Below, one piece after another: positions 16,703 to 24,567 of a DNA stretch of 34,274 nucleotides. The position numbers and the translations under genes were made by a program. Position 1 is the stretch's first letter; each line of letters starts with the position of its first letter. Source of the DNA: Methanobacteriota archaeon (GTDB lineage Archaea; Thermoplasmatota; Poseidoniia; Poseidoniales; Poseidoniaceae); assembly GCA_002726395.1 (NCBI GenBank), contig PBTA01000066.1, positions 18,166-52,439 on the forward strand, written 5' to 3'. The notes under the pieces were generated by a model that worked only from the letters and a program-made list of their open reading frames with translations, searched no databases and was not told where the DNA came from.

Positions 16703-19700
16703 TCAACCAGTCTGCCTTGAGTCATATCTTAGTGGAGATGAATCGCCTCGTAGCCCATCTTCTTCATCATCATTTACTTCAAACCAATCCACAATCCAAT
16801 CACCGTCAGTATCCCAATTAATCGGACTGGTCCCCTCTGCAATGTGGTCATTGTCAAGATCGACTGTATACCATCCAAATTCATGTTCACCTACGGCTCT
16901 AACAGGTGCTGTCTGGGGTGAACTGGTATAGTAGATCTCCCATTGATCAGTAAGTGCGCCAGATACTAGAGTTTGGTCATCACTTGGATTTAGAGTAAGG
17001 AAATCATCATCGTTATCATCAACAATCAAAATATATCTAAAATCATTAGACGATTGTTTATCCATCTTCAAATAATTAGTACTAGCCTCAGATGGAGTCC
17101 CGAGCCCTAACAAATATCCACGGAATTGCCACCATTCCTCAACAGGATTACCTTCATACACTAACGGAGCTAAACGGACCGCATTTGGTGACGTCAAATC
17201 GACGTTAGTTAATGTAAAAAATTCTTGGAAATTAGTATAAGGTTCATAACTACATCCTGCGCCAGAACAGTCATAATTACCATCATTATCAGGGTCATAA
17301 TTAGCGTCCACAGGATCTGCGGGATTCAAAGTAAACCAAGTTAATTCTAAGTTGGGACGAGACAACTTGTCTCCATTTAGTGAAAGCGGTAAACAAGAGA
17401 TTGTATTAGTATCACATTCTCCGCCAGTTAAAGAATCAATCCAGATAACTTTGATTTGTAAGAGTGAAGAAAAATTATCGTTTGATTCATTCCAAGCCAT
17501 CTTGTATTCATACCAATCTGGTAACATATCTCCATCAGTATCATTGTCGTTTGGATTGATACCATACTTGAATACTTCTCGACCATCACTGAGGTTGTAA
17601 TCAATTTCATGAGAGATTACTAATCCATTCGACGTTTGTGTATTATAGATTATCGAATCACCATCTGTATCATTCAAATCTGGCCGTGTATTATTGTTCC
17701 ATTCCATTAGATTAGTGAACGGCAGAGAGCCCGGACCTGGTTGGATTATCACACCGCTTCCAGTAAAGGTTCGATCATCCCATTCACCTTGTTGTGCCGG
17801 GATATCGAATGCATTTCTATCATACCAACCATCACTATCGCCGTCGTAATTGACATCATGCGGATTGACCGGATTTGCCGCCCAGTGGTCTTCGGTTGAA
17901 ACATCAGGCATACCATAAATTGCGTAACAATATTCCCAACCATCTGGAATGGAATCACCGTCTGAATCACTACTTGTTGGATCGGCAACACCGACTAGTG
18001 TGCGATTAAAGTTATTAGAATCATATGAGTTGATTTTCAACATCCTATCAGCACTGTCTGGACTCTTTGAAATGAAGTCATCATACAATGCTGCTCTAGC
18101 TTCAAAATAGGTATAACCCATTTCTTCTTTGTAGGCATTGATAGCATCATCACCAAAACTCAAAATTCCAACTTCTTGTGGAATTGTATTTCTTTCAGAG
18201 TATTTACCCCATGTCCTTGATTCCCATTCTCTGAGATTGGAAAATCGTTCGTCTAATGAAATATTGCCGTCACCATCACAATCAAAACTGTCTCCATCAG
18301 TATCTAGCAACACATCCCCATCGATGAGTGGATTAATGCTCCATAAATTACCTTCTAAATCCCATTCCGCAAACCAATATTCAAATCCGTCATACATACC
18401 ATCTCCATCAGTATCTGGATTAGTTGGGTCAGTTATACCCATTAGAATAGAAATGAAATTATTTGCTGGTTCACCATTTTGCCAATCGTTAAAATCATCT
18501 AGCAAGCGCTTCCCTCGAGTTTCTTTTGAGATTAATATATTGAACATTCTTTGGGCCTTTTCGGTAGGTTGTAGTAAATCTCCATCAATGTGTAACAGAG
18601 GTGCATCAGAAGGGTGTTCAATTCCATTATCTGGATTTGAGGTTACTAGGGCAAATTCTTGTAAGTCAATTAAACCGTCTTCATCAGAGTCAAACATTCC
18701 GTCACCAGGAACCAGTGGATTTAACGTCCAAGTTTCAGCAGATTGGTTCCAAGTAGTAAACAGTAATTCAACACCATCGATAATTCCGTCACCATCAGTA
18801 TCAACATTATTTGGGTCACCAGTTAATCCTGTTAAATTTCGCTGAGTAGAATTCACAAATGAGCCAAATGAAAGGTCGGTTTGTATTCCAGCCCACGCTT
18901 GGAATGTGTAAGCACTACCGATTGTGGTAACAAACCACTTTGGCGATGAACGCTCGGCATCGGTTTCTGTCAATAGAGGGTCGATTGCGTTATATTCTTC
19001 CCAATTAGTCATTCCATCTTTGTCGGCATCTTCCCATCTATCAGCCGGTTGTAATGGATTAAGTGTCCATTCATCTTCCAATATGTTCCATCTAGAAAAC
19101 CAGATTTCCCAACCATCAGGCATACCATCATCATCGGTATCTGAGTCCAGGGGATTAGATGAACCTGAATCAATTGAATTTTGAGTTGCCAGCAGGGAAC
19201 CTGCTGCACGTTCTGCATAAGATGCCTCTGGTGCACCATTGTCGCTTACAAAAGTGAATAAATCTGTACTAAATCCAAACGGTAACGCACTGAAATCCGT
19301 TGGATTATTTTCATCAAACAAATCGTAGCGCAAATGATATTCAAGGTAGTTTACCAGAGCCTCATTTTGCTGAATTATGCCGTCTCTATCGATGTCAAAT
19401 CCATCACCATCAGGATTTTTCAGTGCATCAGAACCATTTAGCGGATTTATTCCAACTCTTGAACTATCCCAAGAACATGAATAGGCGGCTTCCCATCCAT
19501 CAGGCAACGAATCACCATCTGAATCGATATTGTTTGGATCGGAGTCAGACCACAACTCTGCATCGGTAGAATTCTCTCCATGGGACTCAAATAACAATCC
19601 TTCAATTGCTTGCTGCTTTACTTGAGTCCATCGATATTCACATAAATTTTGTAGCCCATCACCATCAGCATCCCAACTTGCATCCTCTGCTCTGTTGGGA

Positions 19701-22447
19701 TCTAATGACCAATTATTACCACCAGTAAACGAGGAACCAACCCATCTGCGGTTCTCTATCTCCCAGCCGTCTGGCATTCCGTCACCATCTGAATCTGGAT
19801 TTGTTGGGTCAGTCCCAATATCACTGGTTGATAGGCTGAGGTAGGTGGAATTGGCGTCACCACCAACTTGGCTATCACAGATGTACTCAAGTTGTACAGA
19901 ATAATAGCACCACAGGTTAGTGCTCTCGTAGTAGAAACCAAAATACTCTTCACCGTCGCTTAATCCATCACCATCTGTATCTCCAACATTCGGATTAGTA
20001 GAATTATAGCCATCATCTGTAGTAGCGATATATCTGAATTCATCGAGATTGGTCCACAGCCGCTCTAAAATCCCATCACCCGATTGATCTAAATCTAGAC
20101 CATCATAATCGAAATCTAATAGCGCATCCCATGGGTCTGTCGGGTCCAAATTGTTACCAATTTCCCATCCATCAGGCATACCATCACCATCAGAGTCGTT
20201 GGATTTTGGATTCATTAATTCAAGGTTAGAAAATTGTCCAGGTTCGGATGATGCAAAAATAGTCATATTTTCAAAAGAGCCAATAGTTGCAATTTCAGAG
20301 ATATATCCGGGTATAGTTTCCTGTTGATCAATCTCGTATACATTGGAATAGTCACCTGAAAGAACCCACGTACCTGCGTTGGAGCCAAGAATAATTTGTT
20401 GCCCTGTAGAATATATTGATCTTATGTTATTAATGTCTCTTGTACTGACTTCATTTGAACCGGGATTTTCTAATAGACCACTGTGACTTATTACATTGTC
20501 AATAAGTCGCATTTGATGTAGTCCCGAAGGAGTACCAAACCAAAGTACTTGAGGGCTCTCCGGTGATGGACCGTCTAACAGAATATCTCTTACTTCAGCA
20601 GGATTTTCTGCACTTCCCGTTGGTAATGTTCGCAATTCATTTATTGATGCAAAAACTCCTGTGTCCTCTTTTGAGTAGAAGAATCTCCAGTCAGCGATAT
20701 TACCATCCCTACCAGAGTTGGTCTCACAGGTAAGAAGGCCTCTATCGGTAGCAACGAAGAGTGTAAGATTGCCGTTAGCAAGACCGTGCTCTATATCCGT
20801 AACACTAGCATTACCGTTTGATAATTGGTTGGTTATCGCTTGACTTACTTCATGAACTTGTTCAATCAGTCCAAAGCTACTGACTTCAAACACATTACCA
20901 GTTCCCGCAAACCCAAGTCCAATTATCTGATTATTCGGGCTATTAATCAATAATTCTTCCAATTCATGTATCGTTTCTGTTTGTGACCAATCCCAATTAT
21001 CTACAGATTGCAATAATCCGTCGAGCTGGATTCTTGCCACACCCAAACCAACGTTAGAAGCCAAAGCAATGGCATAAACTTGATCACTTTGATCACGTAA
21101 AATAGTTGAGTCATAGAGTTCTACACCTTGAGGTATCCAATAATCAGTGGAAGATGATAGTGAATTGTCAATTACTGTTATCCCGTATTTTGTGGTGACA
21201 TACAACATTGATTCGACAACCTCCAAAGATCTGACATCATGATTTATGACACTGATTTCTTCGCTTTGGGTAGCAAAGGAAATTGGATACTGATAGAGTG
21301 TTGACATTTCGCTAGCGTACATTGTTGATTTTAGCCCCGCCATTACGGTATTACCATCATCAAAGTAAATATTATACTCTTCAATATTAGATAATTGCTC
21401 ACCTAATTCAAGCGCAGTTGCTGTCCTACTTACATCCGGAGAAATAACTCCATCCAAATTTTTATCCCAACCGTCCAAGTCTTCGTCAGACAATGCACTG
21501 CTTCTATTTAGCGGGTCTAAACCGAAGTGAACTTCCCAACCATCAGGAATCCCATCACCAAAAGACGGAAATAAATTCCGAACGGTAAATCCATCCCAGT
21601 TGTACCTATCTGAATCCTTCAATAAAGGATCAGTACCTAACCACAAATCCTCACCTACTGGAGATTCTGAATTAGTACAGGCAGCTAAAATATTCTGGAA
21701 TGTGGCATTTACTCCAGTAGGGATATAGGGCCAATTAGTTAGAATTGAGCCCTCCGGCAAGGTCGCAGTACACCAAAGACCATCAAGTTCTGTAGTATGA
21801 TTTGATGGAGCACCATAGATATATTCTTCACTTGAGGTATACCACTCATTGAAACTCATTATGCCATCTCGGTTTACATCAAAACCATCCTTATCTGGAT
21901 CTTTAGCAACATCACTAGCGTTTAATGGGTCAAAGTCAGTACACTCGTATCGCTGAGAAAATACATCAAAACCACCAATTCTCAGGCACATATAGGCTTC
22001 ATAGCCATCAGGCATACCATCGCCATCGGTATCTGATTTTCGAGGATCTAAGTATGAACGGAAACCTTCCCCATCAACCACACCTGTTAAGCCACGCAAA
22101 AAACCAGGATCTGTACATTCAGCAGGATAGGGCCAGCAATATTCTTCAGTGGAGTTTAAGCCATCTCTGTCAACATCAAGTATTGCATCTGAAGCATCAT
22201 CTGCATCCATACCTTGCATCGAGTAACCTCTGCCATCAATAGCTGTAGAATTTACCCATTCAGCGAATATATCTTCGTGTACATCAGGTATTCCGTCACC
22301 ATCTGAATCGGTTGTTGGGGGACGTTCTTGATTAGTATCATCAGGATGAACATTGGAAACTGGAGATATTGTTGGAAATTGCGCCATAAATAGCAGACTG
22401 ATAACCACTGCCAATGTAGTAAGCAGTGTAGATTGACTTCGACGCAT
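16703..22447 (-). CDS. Giant secreted/anchored acidic protein with ~14 D(S/T)DGDG-x-PDGWE Ca-binding (TSP3-like) modules and an inserted beta-propeller
   Basis: ATG 22447 preceded by AGGTGA (22452-22457); N-terminal hydrophobic helix; recurrent 'DP...D[ST]DGDG[MIL]PDGWE...[LI][DN]P...D.D.DG..N..E[YF]' units. Confidence 0.9.
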   Translation of the reverse strand: MRRSQSTLLTTLAVVISLLFMAQFPTISPVSNVHPDDTNQERPPTTDSDGDGIPDVHEDIFAEWVNSTAIDGRGYSMQGMDADDASDAILDVDRDGLNSTEEYCWPYPAECTDPGFLRGLTGVVDGEGFRSYLDPRKSDTDGDGMPDGYEAYMCLRIGGFDVFSQRYECTDFDPLNASDVAKDPDKDGFDVNRDGIMSFNEWYTSSEEYIYGAPSNHTTELDGLWCTATLPEGSILTNWPYIPTGVNATFQNILAACTNSESPVGEDLWLGTDPLLKDSDRYNWDGFTVRNLFPSFGDGIPDGWEVHFGLDPLNRSSALSDEDLDGWDKNLDGVISPDVSRTATALELGEQLSNIEEYNIYFDDGNTVMAGLKSTMYASEMSTLYQYPISFATQSEEISVINHDVRSLEVVESMLYVTTKYGITVIDNSLSSSTDYWIPQGVELYDSTILRDQSDQVYAIALASNVGLGVARIQLDGLLQSVDNWDWSQTETIHELEELLINSPNNQIIGLGFAGTGNVFEVSSFGLIEQVHEVSQAITNQLSNGNASVTDIEHGLANGNLTLFVATDRGLLTCETNSGRDGNIADWRFFYSKEDTGVFASINELRTLPTGSAENPAEVRDILLDGPSPESPQVLWFGTPSGLHQMRLIDNVISHSGLLENPGSNEVSTRDINNIRSIYSTGQQIILGSNAGTWVLSGDYSNVYEIDQQETIPGYISEIATIGSFENMTIFASSEPGQFSNLELMNPKSNDSDGDGMPDGWEIGNNLDPTDPWDALLDFDYDGLDLDQSGDGILERLWTNLDEFRYIATTDDGYNSTNPNVGDTDGDGLSDGEEYFGFYYESTNLWCYYSVQLEYICDSQVGGDANSTYLSLSTSDIGTDPTNPDSDGDGMPDGWEIENRRWVGSSFTGGNNWSLDPNRAEDASWDADGDGLQNLCEYRWTQVKQQAIEGLLFESHGENSTDAELWSDSDPNNIDSDGDSLPDGWEAAYSCSWDSSRVGINPLNGSDALKNPDGDGFDIDRDGIIQQNEALVNYLEYHLRYDLFDENNPTDFSALPFGFSTDLFTFVSDNGAPEASYAERAAGSLLATQNSIDSGSSNPLDSDTDDDGMPDGWEIWFSRWNILEDEWTLNPLQPADRWEDADKDGMTNWEEYNAIDPLLTETDAERSSPKWFVTTIGSAYTFQAWAGIQTDLSFGSFVNSTQRNLTGLTGDPNNVDTDGDGIIDGVELLFTTWNQSAETWTLNPLVPGDGMFDSDEDGLIDLQEFALVTSNPDNGIEHPSDAPLLHIDGDLLQPTEKAQRMFNILISKETRGKRLLDDFNDWQNGEPANNFISILMGITDPTNPDTDGDGMYDGFEYWFAEWDLEGNLWSINPLIDGDVLLDTDGDSFDCDGDGNISLDERFSNLREWESRTWGKYSERNTIPQEVGILSFGDDAINAYKEEMGYTYFEARAALYDDFISKSPDSADRMLKINSYDSNNFNRTLVGVADPTSSDSDGDSIPDGWEYCYAIYGMPDVSTEDHWAANPVNPHDVNYDGDSDGWYDRNAFDIPAQQGEWDDRTFTGSGVIIQPGPGSLPFTNLMEWNNNTRPDLNDTDGDSIIYNTQTSNGLVISHEIDYNLSDGREVFKYGINPNDNDTDGDMLPDWYEYKMAWNESNDNFSSLLQIKVIWIDSLTGGECDTNTISCLPLSLNGDKLSRPNLELTWFTLNPADPVDANYDPDNDGNYDCSGAGCSYEPYTNFQEFFTLTNVDLTSPNAVRLAPLVYEGNPVEEWWQFRGYLLGLGTPSEASTNYLKMDKQSSNDFRYILIVDDNDDDFLTLNPSDDQTLVSGALTDQWEIYYTSSPQTAPVRAVGEHEFGWYTVDLDNDHIAEGTSPINWDTDGDWIVDWFEVNDDEEDGLRGDSSPLRYDSRQTG

Positions 22448-22633
22448 GCCTTCACCTGTCACGAAGTATAGCCTTCGCATTTGTCGACTTCCCAACTACA
22501 CTTATGAGCATGATGGAGTGATGTTCCGACATTGATTCAGTTGGTTGAGTAAAAAAATACCGAAAATCATCGGTTTTTTCAATTTGCGAGGGGTTTGTTC
22601 AATACCCTCCCGCGATAGGGGCGAACTATCAAC

Positions 22634-23458
22634 ATGTCTTTGCGAATTACTCACTTAGGAACAGGTAGCCGAGGCAACTCAACGCTGCTTGAAACTGATG
22701 ATGTAAAGGTGTTAATTGATTTAGGATTTAGCGGCGCCCAGTTGCAAAAGCGACTAGCCATGCTCAACATTGAGCCTGAGGATATTGACTGCGCCCTACT
22801 AAGCCACCATCATGGAGATCATGGCGGTGGAGCGACTATTGCTCAACGCAAATGGGACATGCAAATTTTGGCTAATGAAAGAACTGCACAGGAATTAGAT
22901 TTAGACCCCTTGAAAACTTCCTACTTTGGCGCCTTGGATGTGATTAGAATCGGTGACGAATTATCAATCCTAACCGTCCCAGTCCCTCATTCTGGCTCAG
23001 AAAATGTCGCCTTCGTGGCAAGCTGTGGTGGAGAAAGAGCCGCAATAATTACCGATTTAGGCTCTTGGACGGATGAATTAATCAAGCACGTATATGGTTG
23101 TGAACATATTTCAATCGAAGCAAACTATGATGATCGAAAATTGAGCGCCGGACCATATCCATATTCTTTGAAAGAGAGGATTCGTGGTAGAGGAGGTCAC
23201 TTATCCAACAGTCAAACTGGACAATTTCTTGCTGAAGTCAGTACGGAGAGCACGCGAAATATAGTATTGACACACCTGAGTGAAAAAAACAACTCGCCGC
23301 ACCTAGCAGAATCTACCGTATTGTACTACATCTCGGAAGTATTTGACGGAGACATATACATTTCATTACAAGATGGTCCAGAAATGACTCACTATATCGG
23401 AGCAAGCGGTCTTGAAAATCTTACGCCCACTAAACTAAATGAAGTCAAGATTGACTAA
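22634..23458 (+). CDS. Metallo-beta-lactamase-fold hydrolase, YycJ/WalJ-like
   Basis: LGTGSRGNS, SHHHGDH (HxHxDH), ITDLG, IEANYD, GPYPYSLKERI, GHLSN, LTHLSEKNN. Confidence 0.9.
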   Translation: MSLRITHLGTGSRGNSTLLETDDVKVLIDLGFSGAQLQKRLAMLNIEPEDIDCALLSHHHGDHGGGATIAQRKWDMQILANERTAQELDLDPLKTSYFGALDVIRIGDELSILTVPVPHSGSENVAFVASCGGERAAIITDLGSWTDELIKHVYGCEHISIEANYDDRKLSAGPYPYSLKERIRGRGGHLSNSQTGQFLAEVSTESTRNIVLTHLSEKNNSPHLAESTVLYYISEVFDGDIYISLQDGPEMTHYIGASGLENLTPTKLNEVKID

Positions 23459-23469
23459 AAATTAGTCTG

Positions 23470-23489
23470 ATTTAGGTCAATACCTAAAT
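23470..23489. promoter_or_regulatory. Perfect 8-4-8 palindrome ATTTAGGT-CAAT-ACCTAAAT upstream of the pilin-like operon
   Basis: Arms 23470-23477 and 23482-23489 are exact reverse complements. An operator role is inferred. Confidence 0.5.
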
Positions 23490-24567
23490 GATACCGAAGT
23501 ATGAGAGGTTTGTGCCACCTAGCAGACGCTACGTTTCAGGACCCCGGAGACGGGAAAATGAAGAGGGTGTTAGCGAAGTCCTTGGCGTGATTATGATGCT
23601 TGCCATGGTTGTTACAATAATGGGTGGTGTTTGGGTATTTTTGAATCCATATATTTCTGATTTTGAAGACAACACCAACTGGAATGCAGCCAATGGCATT
23701 GCTGACCGCTTAGAAGACAGGATAGATGTTTCAGCAGATGCGCCAGAGGGGACTGGAATACGTCATAGTTTGCAGATGAGAACAACACTCTTGCAAGGTG
23801 TCACTAATCTCGAGCACTGGACAATAAGTGCTGATTTGACCCCATATGAGGTAGTAAATATCGGGCAATATAGCAACAATTCGTTTATCATAACCAGTAT
23901 GAACCAGACAGCATCAAAAGTTACCATCACAACAGAAAATAGTCAATTCACTCAAATGATAAGCGCTAACAATGGTTTGGTTGAGCACAATATGCAATTA
24001 GGTGAATGGTATATTATCACTGTTTTTAATGACAATGATGACCCGATTCACCGTAGCGTCAAATATTCACTATCTGGGCTTCGTTTGATTACCAGTTTAG
24101 GCAATGGTGAGCATGAAATATATCTCATCAATAATGCTAGAATTGAGCATTTTGCCGATTCAGCTTGGGAAATTAGTCAATTTCCAAGAATTGAATTTGA
24201 TGAACTCGCAACAGGAGGCATACGCTTGTCGATGGTTCTAACCAATGTAGTAGTAAATGGAAGTTTAGGTAATGCAAACCAACTTGGTATCGACATTATT
24301 TCAGCTGGCTCAATAAACCCATTTTCTGGAGAATGTTTCAATATACGATATACGACAACAAACTCTGTATCTCCAGTCATAAGCCCACAATATGATGATT
24401 TGTGGTTAAATTCATATTCATTAAACCGCGCATCAGGAACACTGGATTCTTACGTCGGTTTATCACCATTTGAAAGAGCAAGTGGAATAGATGGCATAAG
24501 TGTAAATTCTTTGGGTCAATCGGTATTTTTTGATGTAACTATTAATCAGGTGGTTTTGGAAAGATGA
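23488..24567 (+). CDS. Type IV pilin-like protein (class III signal peptide)
   Basis: RRRENEEG|VSEVLGVIMMLAMVVTIMGGVWV, typical of archaeal Pilin_N/DUF1628-like N-termini. An alternative in-frame start is GTG 23512. Confidence 0.82.
   Translation: MIPKYERFVPPSRRYVSGPRRRENEEGVSEVLGVIMMLAMVVTIMGGVWVFLNPYISDFEDNTNWNAANGIADRLEDRIDVSADAPEGTGIRHSLQMRTTLLQGVTNLEHWTISADLTPYEVVNIGQYSNNSFIITSMNQTASKVTITTENSQFTQMISANNGLVEHNMQLGEWYIITVFNDNDDPIHRSVKYSLSGLRLITSLGNGEHEIYLINNARIEHFADSAWEISQFPRIEFDELATGGIRLSMVLTNVVVNGSLGNANQLGIDIISAGSINPFSGECFNIRYTTTNSVSPVISPQYDDLWLNSYSLNRASGTLDSYVGLSPFERASGIDGISVNSLGQSVFFDVTINQVVLER

Noticed and set aside
18138-18845. 235-aa antisense ORF (and similar ones such as 5774-6064, 10248-10655, 29289-29717)
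   Set aside because: They lie entirely opposite well-supported genes, are Ser/Pro/Ile-rich mirror translations, and carry no motifs.
19110-22040. Recurring DNA string CCATCAGGCATACCATC (~19113, ~20169, ~22005)
   Set aside because: It simply encodes DGMPDG in the protein repeats. Spacing is irregular, so it is not a CRISPR array or a DGR template/variable repeat pair, and no cas or RT gene is present.
22508-22550. Possible C/D-box sRNA or fluoride riboswitch (ATGATGG / GTGATGT)
   Set aside because: No proper RUGAUGA and CUGA box pairing, and no riboswitch stem or crcB-type gene nearby.
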